Assembly (NCBI GenBank): GCA_948957135.1
Contig: CARDBT010000016.1
Span: 2,000-65,999, forward strand
Origin: an uncultured Lachnospiraceae bacterium
GTDB taxonomy: Bacteria; Bacillota; Clostridia; Lachnospirales; Lachnospiraceae
DNA length: 64,000 nt
Direction: 5' to 3'
A program made the translations under genes and the position numbers. The notes under the pieces were generated by a model. It saw nothing but the letters and a program-made list of their open reading frames with translations, was not told the DNA's origin and did not search any database. Positions 1 to 11,478 of this stretch are shown piece by piece. Numbering within the stretch: the stretch's first letter is position 1; each line of letters begins with the position of its first letter.

Positions 1-50
1 GCACGATTCCGAAGCAATCATTTTGCGCTATGGGAAACGGGCAGTTAAAG

Positions 51-79
51 TTGACACAATAATATTTTAGTGATAGACT
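51..79 (+). promoter_or_regulatory. sigmaA-type promoter
   Basis: TTGACA (51-56), 17 bp, TAGACT (74-79) preceded by TG; upstream of ORF at 123. Confidence 0.65.
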
Positions 80-122
80 ATTAAATCATTAGTTATTAAA
101 ATTTTATGAGAAGAGAACGAAA

Positions 123-668
123 ATGAAAAGAATTATTAATGTTGGGCTATCCGTTATGGCAGCTACGATGATGACATTGATGATGGCAGCCTGTGCGTCA
201 AAAGAAAAGGAAACGATCACAATAGACCTTTCAGAGATTGGGAATTTTGCAGAAGATGCATCGCTTTCGGACGGGGCAAATGAGGGGACTTCTGGCGATG
301 CCAGTGCACTGGCGTTAACAGATAACTTGACTGTTGACGAGTGGGTGGATTCCGAGGAAGCTGTTACATTTGTGAAGACGTTCAACACCGTGTATGCCCA
401 ACAGGGTATAACAATGGAATTAGAAGCTGAAAACGGCACTTTGTCGATGATATTGGTCTATTCTGAGGAGGCATTGGGATCAGATACGACCGAGTTGACA
501 GAGGAGCAGAAAGAGGAAGTACACGAATCGATGCAGCAGCAGTACAACGAGTTCAAAGAGCAGCTTATATCTAGTGGAAATGTTCTAAAGGAGGAGATCG
601 ACGCTTCGAAGATCCATATTGTATACAAGGCAAGTGATGGTTCAGAATTATTTAGTCAGGACATATAG
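123..668 (+). CDS. hypothetical acidic lipoprotein
   Basis: Basic N-terminus, hydrophobic stretch and lipobox-like MAAC; acidic mature region. Confidence 0.7.
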   Translation: MKRIINVGLSVMAATMMTLMMAACASKEKETITIDLSEIGNFAEDASLSDGANEGTSGDASALALTDNLTVDEWVDSEEAVTFVKTFNTVYAQQGITMELEAENGTLSMILVYSEEALGSDTTELTEEQKEEVHESMQQQYNEFKEQLISSGNVLKEEIDASKIHIVYKASDGSELFSQDI

Positions 669-806
669 TAAGATTTGAGATACAACGATGAGGATTAATT
701 TGTAAATAGGCAGAACAGGTCTCATCCGTTTTTGGTGGGATCGGTTTTTTTGAATACACTTTTATATCTGTATGATATTTGTGATGCAGTCAAGGAGGAC
801 AAATTA

Positions 807-1580
807 TTGAAGCAGTTTCAAATGATAATAAGACTGATCTTGCTTTTGTTTGGGATCATCGGCAGTTCTGGATTTATAGTACCCCTTCTGACAAGGCGGA
901 TTCTCAATGTCGGAAATCTGGCTGGACTGGCAGTCTGCATCGCTGTTGTGATGTATGCGATTTTCATGACGAAGATCCATCATTGGATTCGAATATTCTG
1001 GCATAAAACGGTCGGCAGAGTGCTTTTGAGTATTTTTGCGGCGGGTCTGGTCGCGGCGCTGGTATTGGTCATCGTGATGACAACTCTCATGATCAAGGCA
1101 GCATATACTAAGCCGGCTCAAAACGCCACAGTGATCGTGCTTGGATGCAAAGCATACGGGGAGCGGCCGAGTATTATGCTGGAAGAGCGGCTGAAAGCTG
1201 CCATAGAATATTTGAATGCAAATCCAGGATCTGCATGTATCGTGTCAGGCGGACAGGGGCCAGACGAGACGATCTCCGAGGCACAGTGCATGTATCTCTA
1301 TCTGACAGATAACGGCATCGCTCCTGAACGGATCTACATGGAAGATCAGTCCACTACAACACGCGAGAACCTCGCTTTCTCCTATGAGATCATAAAGAAT
1401 CATCAACTTAATGAAAATATAGCGATCGCAACGAACAATTTTCATGAATACAGGGCTGGAAGGATTGCAGATGGCATCGGTCTGGAATATGGTGCCGTTC
1501 CGGGAAATACAGCATTGTGGCTTTTGCCGACATATTATGCGAGAGAATTGTTTGCAATATTATATGAGTGGATTTTTTAG
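807..1580 (+). CDS. YdcF/SanA (DUF218) family membrane protein
   Basis: N-terminal TM helices, then VIVLG, IVSGGQGPDE, EDQSTTTREN, TNNFHEYRA motifs; TTG start after AAGGAGG. Confidence 0.85.
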   Translation: MKQFQMIIRLILLLFGIIGSSGFIVPLLTRRILNVGNLAGLAVCIAVVMYAIFMTKIHHWIRIFWHKTVGRVLLSIFAAGLVAALVLVIVMTTLMIKAAYTKPAQNATVIVLGCKAYGERPSIMLEERLKAAIEYLNANPGSACIVSGGQGPDETISEAQCMYLYLTDNGIAPERIYMEDQSTTTRENLAFSYEIIKNHQLNENIAIATNNFHEYRAGRIADGIGLEYGAVPGNTALWLLPTYYARELFAILYEWIF

Positions 1581-1661
1581 TTTTTCTGGTATTATTTTTC
1601 AGCAAAGTGTGCTACAATACTTTTAATATCAGCAGAACTAAAATAGGAGGTATCGATATTC

Positions 1662-2240
1662 ATGAAATCAATCATACAGGATATGAAGCGAAATTATTTT
1701 GTCAATGCGGTCATTATGGTGATATTAGGACTTGTACTCGTGATATGGCCGAAAAGTCTTGGCGTTTTGCTGTGCTATCTTCTAGGCGGCGCGTTGATCT
1801 TGATGGGGATCATACAGCTGGTCGGCTTCCTGCGCAGTGAGAGACTTGGTTTTTACAACAAATTCAGTATGCTTATGGGAATCGTGCTGATCCTGCTCGG
1901 CATATGGATCTGCACACAGCCACATATAGTGCTGTCCATCGTTCCGGTAGTGGTAGGGGTCATCGTGCTTCTTCATGGCGTGATGGATATCCAGTACACA
2001 CTTGACATCAAACGGACCGGAAACACAAAATGGTGGATCGCGCTGATCGCAGCCATTCTCACGCTTGCAGTCGGTTTAGTGCTGGTATTCAAACCGTTTG
2101 CAGCGTATGAAATATCAATGATCCTGCTTGGGATCGCCATGCTTTATGATGGTGGTTCTGATCTGGTCCTGTTGATCTTTTCCTATCTGTCACAGAGAGA
2201 CACCGACAGAAGGATCCGTGAGTTCAAGGGAAATGAATAA
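1662..2240 (+). CDS. HdeD/DUF308 family membrane protein
   Basis: Six short TM segments with repeated G-rich ...GLVLVIWP / GLVLVFKP pattern; AGGAGG RBS. Confidence 0.75.
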   Translation: MKSIIQDMKRNYFVNAVIMVILGLVLVIWPKSLGVLLCYLLGGALILMGIIQLVGFLRSERLGFYNKFSMLMGIVLILLGIWICTQPHIVLSIVPVVVGVIVLLHGVMDIQYTLDIKRTGNTKWWIALIAAILTLAVGLVLVFKPFAAYEISMILLGIAMLYDGGSDLVLLIFSYLSQRDTDRRIREFKGNE

Positions 2241-2248
2241 AATGAGAT

Positions 2249-2869
2249 TTAGTTGACGGCTTCTGATATACCATCGGAAGCCGTCTCATTTTCGCTGGTT
2301 TCATCGTCCTTGTCGCCTGACAGCCATTTATCAATAATATGTTCATCGTCTGTTATATCATACACGGTGATCTGAATGTCATCTGGAATCGCCTCACCGG
2401 CAAGAATATAACCGATACAACTGACTGCATCCATTGAATTTTCGTAGTGCGTATAAGCTGCGTCCGCATAGTTTTTGCCAAAGGTTTCTGATTCGTATGC
2501 AGTATGATAGCAGACTACAGCTTGAGACAATTCGTCGCTCGCTGTCTTTGCCAGTCCTGGAATACTTTCGTACTGATCAGGTATCTGGCTTTTGACGCGG
2601 TCAGTATAGTCTGCAAACCCTGCAAACTCATCATTCATACCGTCAAGTATCTCCAAAAGCTCACTTGCTGACTCCTTACTGCTGACATCAAGTTCATTGA
2701 TCTTCTCATCGGTCTCTAGTATGTAGTCCTTAAAATCAGCCACGGAGGAAGAAAAAACCGCAAGTTCCCGCTCCTCGTCATTTGTATTTCCGCATCCTGA
2801 TAAAACGATAACGCCAGTCAGGACACAAGTACATAAAACTATTTTTTTACCAATAAAACATCTGTTCAT
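2249..2869 (-). CDS. hypothetical lipoprotein
   Basis: Signal peptide ending in LSGC lipobox; acidic helical protein. Confidence 0.7.
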   Translation of the reverse strand: MNRCFIGKKIVLCTCVLTGVIVLSGCGNTNDEERELAVFSSSVADFKDYILETDEKINELDVSSKESASELLEILDGMNDEFAGFADYTDRVKSQIPDQYESIPGLAKTASDELSQAVVCYHTAYESETFGKNYADAAYTHYENSMDAVSCIGYILAGEAIPDDIQITVYDITDDEHIIDKWLSGDKDDETSENETASDGISEAVN

Positions 2870-3027
2870 CTCATAAAAATCCTTTGTATATTCAAATTAT
2901 AATAATCCATTATACTTTAACATAATACATACCCAAAAGCAACGTTTTCATTTAGAATCCGACTACTTTGATGACTTGAAAAATAACAGCGGAACAATTG
3001 CATACCCAAAATTTTATTGAAAAATGG

Positions 3028-3056
3028 TTTACTTAATCTGCAATATTATGTATAAT
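3028..3056 (+). promoter_or_regulatory. sigmaA-type promoter of ilvB
   Basis: TTTACT, 17 bp, TATAAT. Confidence 0.55.
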
Positions 3057-3117
3057 TAAATATATTTTGTTTCTAAAAATGACGAAAACATAGCAAATCA
3101 GATTTGAAAGGATAAGA

Positions 3118-4746
3118 GTGAACATCATGATCGGTGCTGACGCAATCGTAAAATGTCTCGAGAATGAAGGTGTTACGACGGTATATGGCTATCCCGGCGT
3201 AGCGATCTGTCCATTTTATAACAGCATTCTCGATTCAACCATCAGGACAATATTAGTTAGAACAGAGCAGAATGCTGCACACGCAGCAAGCGGAGAAGCC
3301 CGAGTCACCGGTAAAGTAGGCGTGTGCGCCGTCACAAGCGGACCAGGTGCCACCAATCTGATCACAGGTATCGCGACGGCTTTTGCCGACAGCATCCCCA
3401 TGGTATGCATCTCAGGACAGGTAAAGAGTGAGCAGATCGGAAGCGATGTGTTCCAGGAGGCAGATATCACAGGCGCTGTGGAGTCTTTTGTCAAGTACAG
3501 CTATCTGATCAAAAATGTGGAAGATATCCCGCGTGTATTCAAGGAGGCTTTCCATATCGCAAACTCCGGGCGGAAAGGACCTGTGCTGATCGATGTTCCC
3601 ATTGATATACAAAATGCTGCCATCAAGAATTTTAAATATCCCGAGACTGTGAACATAAGGGCTTACAAACCGACCGTAAAGGGAAATCCTGTACAGATCA
3701 AGAAGGTCATCAAGGAACTTGAAAAGGCAAAGAGACCCATCATCTGCGCGGGCGGCGGCGTGCATCTGAGCGATGCGGTATCAGAGCTCCGCGCGTTCGC
3801 GGACAAGTACCGGATCCCGGTGGTGTCCACCATGATGGGGATCGGTGTCATGCGCACAGAGGATCCGATGTATTTTGGCATGGTCGGCAACAACGGTAAG
3901 GCGTACGCGAACCGCGCGATGAACGAATCGGATCTTCTGATCATGGTCGGCGCGCGCGTGGCGGACAGGGCGATCAGCCAGCCGGATCTGATCATGACCA
4001 ACAAGATCTTGATACATATCGATGTCGATCCTGCCGAGATCGGCAAGAATGTCGGACCTTCCATCCCGCTTGTGGGCGATGCCAGACATATCTTTGACGA
4101 CATCATGAAAGAAGAATTTACCTGCGAACATGAGGCTTGGATCAGGACACTGGAAGAATATCGCGCTACGATGATCCAAAAGCGGAATCCCAACCCGGAT
4201 TATGTGGATCCCGCAGCGTTTATCACAATGCTCTCCAGCGAGATGAAGGATGATGCAGTGTATGTCGCTGATGTAGGACAGAACCAGATCTGGAGCTGCA
4301 ATTATCATATTGTAAAGAACGGGCGCTTTCTCACCTCGGGCGGTATGGGGACCATGGGATATTCGATCCCGGCGGCAATGGGGGCAAAGCGCGGTGCGCC
4401 TGACAGACAGGTCATCGCTGTGTGCGGCGACGGTTCGTTCCAGATGTCAATGATGGAGCTTGCAACCATCATGCAGCACCATATTCCGGTAAAGATCATC
4501 GTGATCAAGAACAATTATCTCGGCATGGTGCGGGAATTCCAGCACTATACCTACAAGGACAACTATTCGGTTGTCGATATCAAGGACGGCACGCCCGATC
4601 TCGAGAAGCTTGCCGCCGCGTATGCCATCCCGTTTATCAGGGTGGAGGATATGTCGCACGCACAGGAAAAGATCAGGGAGTTTCTGGCTGAGGACAACAC
4701 GATGCTCATGGAATGTCTTGTAGACCCTATGGACTTAGTTAAGTGA
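3118..4746 (+). CDS. ilvB: acetolactate synthase large subunit
   Basis: YGYPG, TSGPGATN, FQEAD, GGMGTMG and ThDP motif GDGSFQM...NN. Confidence 0.96.
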   Translation: MNIMIGADAIVKCLENEGVTTVYGYPGVAICPFYNSILDSTIRTILVRTEQNAAHAASGEARVTGKVGVCAVTSGPGATNLITGIATAFADSIPMVCISGQVKSEQIGSDVFQEADITGAVESFVKYSYLIKNVEDIPRVFKEAFHIANSGRKGPVLIDVPIDIQNAAIKNFKYPETVNIRAYKPTVKGNPVQIKKVIKELEKAKRPIICAGGGVHLSDAVSELRAFADKYRIPVVSTMMGIGVMRTEDPMYFGMVGNNGKAYANRAMNESDLLIMVGARVADRAISQPDLIMTNKILIHIDVDPAEIGKNVGPSIPLVGDARHIFDDIMKEEFTCEHEAWIRTLEEYRATMIQKRNPNPDYVDPAAFITMLSSEMKDDAVYVADVGQNQIWSCNYHIVKNGRFLTSGGMGTMGYSIPAAMGAKRGAPDRQVIAVCGDGSFQMSMMELATIMQHHIPVKIIVIKNNYLGMVREFQHYTYKDNYSVVDIKDGTPDLEKLAAAYAIPFIRVEDMSHAQEKIREFLAEDNTMLMECLVDPMDLVK

Positions 4747-4762
4747 GGAGGTTCCATTTCAT

Positions 4763-5245
4763 ATGAAGAAAATATATTCCGTATTAGTGGAGAATAGATC
4801 CGGTGTGCTCTGCAAGGTCTCAGGTCTGTTCTCAAGGAGATGCTTTAACATAGACAGCCTGGCGGTGGGAGAGACGGACGATCCGGCAGTTTCCTGCATG
4901 ACGATCGTGAGCTCCGGAAACCAGCGGACGATCGAACAGATCGAAAAACAGCTCAACAAGAAGATTGACGTCATCAAGGTCAAGACTTTTGACGAGAAGG
5001 ACAGCATCAGCAGGGAGCTCATGCTGATCAAGGTGAAGTATAACAGGGGCACCCGGCGCGATATCATGGAGATCTGTGAGATCATGAAAGCCGATATCGT
5101 GGATATGTCAAACAACAACATGATCATTCAGATCTGCGATATGCCGGAGCGGATCAAGGTCATGCTCGATATGCTCAAATCGATCAGCATCGTGGAAGTG
5201 GCGAGGACGGGTACACTGGCTTTATCGAAATGTATTGACAATTAA
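4763..5245 (+). CDS. ilvN: acetolactate synthase small (regulatory) subunit, copy 1
   Basis: ACT domain VENRSGVL...LFSRRCFNIDSL, KQLNKKIDV, EVARTG. Confidence 0.9.
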   Translation: MKKIYSVLVENRSGVLCKVSGLFSRRCFNIDSLAVGETDDPAVSCMTIVSSGNQRTIEQIEKQLNKKIDVIKVKTFDEKDSISRELMLIKVKYNRGTRRDIMEICEIMKADIVDMSNNNMIIQICDMPERIKVMLDMLKSISIVEVARTGTLALSKCIDN

Positions 5246-5263
5246 TATCAGAATTGCTAAAAT
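5235..5263 (+). promoter_or_regulatory. internal sigmaA promoter for ilvN2-ilvC
   Basis: TTGACA (5235-40), 17 bp, TAAAAT (5258-63) with extended TG. Confidence 0.7.
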
Positions 5264-5325
5264 AAAATTTGGTTATTTATGCAGGGATTTGTATTTATTT
5301 ATGCAGTTTAAGGGAGTGTATCTTT

Positions 5326-6961
<1,636 letters not shown>

Positions 6962-6984
6962 TTAATTTGTCAAAAAGTTATTCA

Positions 6985-7027
6985 AAAGGGAGAAATCAGA
7001 AACATACGTTTCTTTTTCTCCCTTATT
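6985..7027 (+). terminator. intrinsic terminator after ilvC
   Basis: AAGGGAGAAA...TTTCTCCCTT inverted repeat. Confidence 0.6.
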
Positions 7028-7082
7028 GACTTCATTTGTGCTATAATAAATACAAATAATGTGAATTGTGGAGGCATTTGCA

Positions 7083-7688
7083 ATGTATGCATATATAAAA
7101 GGTGAGATCGTGGACATCACTGAGGACAATTTGGTGTTGGAATGCAATAATATCGGATATAATATCAGAATACCATTCAGCGTTGCTCAGCGCCTGCCGG
7201 GAACTGGTGCGACAGTAAAGATTTACACCTATACAAGTGTGCGCGAAGATGCTTTCCAGCTGTTTGGTTTTCTATCCAAAGATGATCTGGAGATCTACAA
7301 AAAACTGATCGCAGTAAATGGAATCGGTCCCAAGGGTGCATTGAGTATCCTGTCGGCGATGAGCGCTGATGATCTTCGCTTTGCCATTGTCGCGGGGGAT
7401 GCCAAAGCGATATCAAAAGCACCGGGAATCGGCAATAAATCCGCAGAAAGAATCATTCTGGAACTGCGGGATAAAGTGCATATCACAAGTGAGTCCGTTT
7501 CGTCTGAACAGATATCATGTGCTGACACTCAGTCTGATACAGCAAAACAAGAGGCATTGGAGGCTCTGGTATCGTTGGGGTATTCTCCTTCTGAGGCATT
7601 AAAAGCGATGAAACAGATTGTGATCACAGATGGAATGGACTCGGGAGCTGTATTAAAACAGGCTTTGAAAATAATTAGTACACTATAA
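7083..7688 (+). CDS. ruvA: Holliday junction DNA helicase subunit A
   Basis: MYAYIKG, VREDA, VNGIGPK, PGIGNKSAERIILEL, EALVSLGY. Confidence 0.97.
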   Translation: MYAYIKGEIVDITEDNLVLECNNIGYNIRIPFSVAQRLPGTGATVKIYTYTSVREDAFQLFGFLSKDDLEIYKKLIAVNGIGPKGALSILSAMSADDLRFAIVAGDAKAISKAPGIGNKSAERIILELRDKVHITSESVSSEQISCADTQSDTAKQEALEALVSLGYSPSEALKAMKQIVITDGMDSGAVLKQALKIISTL

Positions 7689-7718
7689 TTACGTAGATAA
7701 ATATTTTTGGAGGGGTCT

Positions 7719-8717
7719 ATGGCAGCCAGAGTGATCGAGACAAAGCTATTAGAAGAAGATGTAAAAATTGAGGGAAATCTTCGTCCACAGTCCTTAAAGG
7801 ACTATATTGGACAGAAAAAAGCAAAAGAAATTTTGAGGATTTATATAGAGGCTGCAAGGCAGAGAAACGATTCTTTGGACCATGTCCTTTTTTATGGTCC
7901 GCCTGGACTTGGAAAGACAACGCTTGCAAGCATCATTGCAAACGAAATGGGTGTTCATATCAAAGTGACAAGCGGACCTGCCATTGAGAAACCTGGGGAG
8001 ATGGCATCTATTCTGAATGGGCTTCAGGAAGGGGATGTATTATTTATTGATGAGATCCACCGTCTGAACAGACAGGTGGAGGAAGTGCTGTATCCGGCGA
8101 TGGAGGATTTTGCGATCGATATTATGATCGGAAAGGGGACATCCGCCAAGTCAGTGCGGCTTGATCTGCCCAGATTTACGCTGATCGGTGCAACGACGAG
8201 AGCCGGTCTTCTGACAGCGCCCCTTCGAGATCGGTTCGGTGTCATTCAACATCTCGAATTTTACTCTGTCGATGAATTGAAACTTATCATTCAACACTCA
8301 GCCCGCATTTTAAATGTGCAGATCGATGAACAGGGGGCGCTGGAGCTTGCCAGGAGAAGCCGGGGCACACCGCGTCTCGCAAACCGCATGTTGAGAAGGG
8401 TGCGGGATTTCGCACAGGTAAAATACGACGGTCAGATAACACTGGAGGCTGCAAACACTGCACTTGATATGCTGGATGTCGATAAACTTGGGCTTGATCA
8501 GACAGACAGGTTGATCCTGATGACGATGATCGAGCGTTTCAATGGCGGTCCAGTTGGACTAGATACACTGTCTGCTGCGATCGGAGAGGATAGCGGAACG
8601 ATCGAAGACGTGTATGAGCCGTACCTGATCAAAAATGGTTTTATCACGCGCACACCGCGCGGAAGAGTGGTTTCGGAACTTACATACCGCCATTTCGGAC
8701 TTGAAATGCCACAATAA
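7719..8717 (+). CDS. ruvB: Holliday junction DNA helicase subunit B
   Basis: [28 protein letters not shown]. Confidence 0.98.
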   Translation: MAARVIETKLLEEDVKIEGNLRPQSLKDYIGQKKAKEILRIYIEAARQRNDSLDHVLFYGPPGLGKTTLASIIANEMGVHIKVTSGPAIEKPGEMASILNGLQEGDVLFIDEIHRLNRQVEEVLYPAMEDFAIDIMIGKGTSAKSVRLDLPRFTLIGATTRAGLLTAPLRDRFGVIQHLEFYSVDELKLIIQHSARILNVQIDEQGALELARRSRGTPRLANRMLRRVRDFAQVKYDGQITLEAANTALDMLDVDKLGLDQTDRLILMTMIERFNGGPVGLDTLSAAIGEDSGTIEDVYEPYLIKNGFITRTPRGRVVSELTYRHFGLEMPQ

Positions 8718-8821
8718 TATTTGATATAATATAATGCGGGTATTTAGGATCAGTAGAAAAATATGATTTGAATCTGCATAGAACAACAATATAGAAGTTT
8801 ACATGAGAAGGGGGCAAGATT

Positions 8822-9232
8822 ATGTCTGCCAAAACAGATACAGAAGTTATCATCGGAGGAAAAGTGCTGACCGTCAGCGGCAATGAGAGCGCTGAATATT
8901 TGCAGAAGGTTGCAGCATATATCAACAATAAAGTCAATGAGTACGCCAAGATGGATAGTTTTAAAAGACAGTCTGTCGATAAACAGAATATGTTGATCCA
9001 GTTGAACATTGCTGACGATTATTTTAAAGCGAAAAAACAGATTGAGCTTCTTGAGCAGGATCTGAAAGCGAAGGACAACGAGTTGTATGACTTAAAGCAT
9101 GAACTGATCGCCACACAGATCAAACTTGATAACACATCAAAATCCCTGAAGGAAGCAAATGAGACTTTGAATGAAAATTCTAAGCAGATTATCCGTCTTG
9201 AAACGGAGTTGAAGGAATCCAAAAAAGCATGA
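8822..9232 (+). CDS. zapA: cell division protein ZapA with extended coiled coil
   Basis: VIIGGKVLTVSG...EYLQKVAAYINNK, LNIADDY, C-terminal coiled coil. Confidence 0.85.
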   Translation: MSAKTDTEVIIGGKVLTVSGNESAEYLQKVAAYINNKVNEYAKMDSFKRQSVDKQNMLIQLNIADDYFKAKKQIELLEQDLKAKDNELYDLKHELIATQIKLDNTSKSLKEANETLNENSKQIIRLETELKESKKA

Positions 9233-11439
9233 GGGAACAAAAAGTAGAATTATTGGCACCCGCAGGTGATCTTGCCTGTTTTCGGGCGGCTATAAACGCC
9301 GGAGCCGATGCTGTGTACCTGGGCGGAGAACAGTATGGTGCCCGCGCATATGCGGGAAATTTCTCATCAGAGGAAATCGTGCGCGCCTTGCAGATCGCCC
9401 ATATGTTTGGCAGGAAGATTTATCTGACAGTCAATACACTTGTGAAAGAAAGCGAATGGGCAGAGCTGATTCCGTATATTGAGCCATTATATGAGGCAGG
9501 GTTAGACGGAGTGATCATTCAGGACATCGGCGTATTGGAATGTCTGCGTCAGAACTTTCCGGGTCTGGAGCTGCATGCCAGCACCCAGATGACGATCACA
9601 GGCGTCTATGGCGCAGAGTTTCTGAAAGATCTGGGTGTACGCCGTGTCGTTCCGGCGCGGGAGCTTTCTCTTGATGAGATCAGGGCTGTCAAAAAAAAGA
9701 CAGATCTGGAAGTTGAGTGTTTTATTCATGGTGCAATGTGTTACGCCTATTCTGGTCAATGTCTCTTTAGTTCTATTCTTGGAGGCAGGAGTGGTAATCG
9801 TGGACGTTGTGCGGGACCATGCCGCCTGCCTTATAAAAATGCACGGAACAAAGTACAATATCCGCTTAGTCTGAAGGATATGTATACATTGCCCATGATC
9901 CCGGAGCTGATCCAGGCGGGGATCGATTCCTTTAAGATCGAAGGGCGTATGAAAAGTCCTGAGTATGTGGCAGGTGTCACTTCTATATACAGGAAATACA
10001 TCGATCTGTATCTGGCAGATCCGAAAAATATATTTAAAATAGCACCTGAGGATGAACAATTAATAAGACAGCTGTATATTCGTTCTGACATCTGCAATGG
10101 ATACTATCAGAGACATAATGATAAATCCATGGTCACTTTGACAGAACCCGGATATTCGGGCAGCTCACCGGAAGTTATAAAAACTATTGAGGAACAATAT
10201 ATCTCGAAGGATATTCTATTGCCGATATCAGGGAATGTGAAGATTCGTGCCGGAGAACTCGCAGAACTGACATTCGCATATGATGATATATCTGTGACAG
10301 TGACAGGGGATATTGTGAGCCATGCCCTGAACAGGCCGCTGAGCAGGGAAGAGATCTCTCAGAAGATCTGCAGGCTTGGGGACACCTGTTTTTCAGTCAG
10401 TGACTTGACAGTTGACACGGATGGCGCATCGTTTGTGTCGGTGAAAATGCTCAACGAATTGCGCCGAATGGCATCTTTCAAATTGGAACAGGCGATCTTG
10501 GATCAACAAAAACCGGAACGAAAAAACTTAACAGCAGGATCCCTCTGCGGAACACAACATGTATATCGCGATGCGCTGAAACACAAAAAAGAAGGTAATG
10601 AGCTGTGCACGCTGGTCACAACCCGCGAACAGCTTTTGACTGCAAACAGATTTACCGAAATACACAGAATATATGTAGATGCCGATATTTTTTTGCAGGA
10701 AATGGAGGCGCAGCGGTTGCTGCTGCCCGAAAAGGAGTATTTTCTTGTGATGCCTCATATATTTCGCCAAAGATCATACAAATATTTGCCTATATATGAA
10801 GAATTGTTAGGGAACGGTTGTTTTGCCGGTGTCATGGCAAGAAACTTCGAGGAGCTGGAATGGCTTGATCAGAGCGGTTATGCAGGAAAGGTATGCACTG
10901 ATCATACCGTTTATGTGTGGAATAATGCATCGTTGGCTTTTCTGTCGCAACGCTGCGAGTGTGTCACGCTTCCTCTGGAGCTGAACAAGAAAGAACTAGG
11001 TAAGCTTCTGACTGACACAGACTGCAGTATCGGTTTTGTTATATATGGGTATATCCCTATGATGTACTCGGCTAACTGTGTCAGAAAAACAATGGAGCAT
11101 TGTATAAAAGATGACGCATCTGCAGACAATAAATATCATTTGACAGACCGCTATCAAAACGTTTTCACAGTAACACAAAACTGTAAGCACTGTTATAATG
11201 TTTTGTATAATACGGTGCCTTTGTCACTTCATGGTCAGCTTGAAGGAATCCGCAAAAAGAAATATGACCAATTGCGGCTTGATTTCTCCATAGAGGATGA
11301 AAGGCAGACAAATGCAGTGATCGAATATTATGTAAGCTGTATGACCGGAGAAGACGGAATTTCCAGTAAAGAAATCCCGCGTAAAGAATTTCCATACAAA
11401 GAATTTACAAACGGACATTACAAGCGTGGAGTAATGTGA
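9229..11439 (+). CDS. peptidase U32 family protein (RlhA-like RNA hydroxylase)
   Basis: ELLAPAG, HASTQ, ARELS, Fe-S cysteines CYAYSGQC...NRGRCAGPCR, KIEGRMK, terminal TNGHYKRGV. Confidence 0.9.
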   Translation: MREQKVELLAPAGDLACFRAAINAGADAVYLGGEQYGARAYAGNFSSEEIVRALQIAHMFGRKIYLTVNTLVKESEWAELIPYIEPLYEAGLDGVIIQDIGVLECLRQNFPGLELHASTQMTITGVYGAEFLKDLGVRRVVPARELSLDEIRAVKKKTDLEVECFIHGAMCYAYSGQCLFSSILGGRSGNRGRCAGPCRLPYKNARNKVQYPLSLKDMYTLPMIPELIQAGIDSFKIEGRMKSPEYVAGVTSIYRKYIDLYLADPKNIFKIAPEDEQLIRQLYIRSDICNGYYQRHNDKSMVTLTEPGYSGSSPEVIKTIEEQYISKDILLPISGNVKIRAGELAELTFAYDDISVTVTGDIVSHALNRPLSREEISQKICRLGDTCFSVSDLTVDTDGASFVSVKMLNELRRMASFKLEQAILDQQKPERKNLTAGSLCGTQHVYRDALKHKKEGNELCTLVTTREQLLTANRFTEIHRIYVDADIFLQEMEAQRLLLPEKEYFLVMPHIFRQRSYKYLPIYEELLGNGCFAGVMARNFEELEWLDQSGYAGKVCTDHTVYVWNNASLAFLSQRCECVTLPLELNKKELGKLLTDTDCSIGFVIYGYIPMMYSANCVRKTMEHCIKDDASADNKYHLTDRYQNVFTVTQNCKHCYNVLYNTVPLSLHGQLEGIRKKKYDQLRLDFSIEDERQTNAVIEYYVSCMTGEDGISSKEIPRKEFPYKEFTNGHYKRGVM

Positions 11440-11478
11440 TAAGGGAGCGTCTGAGCGGGCGAATGGGAGTTAGAAAAA

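Noticed and set aside
1..48. 3' end of an upstream CDS
   Set aside because: Open frame to TAA at 46-48 is too short to identify
2870..3117. T-box or attenuator upstream of ilvB
   Set aside because: No T-box consensus or terminator; promoter sits only ~60 nt before the start
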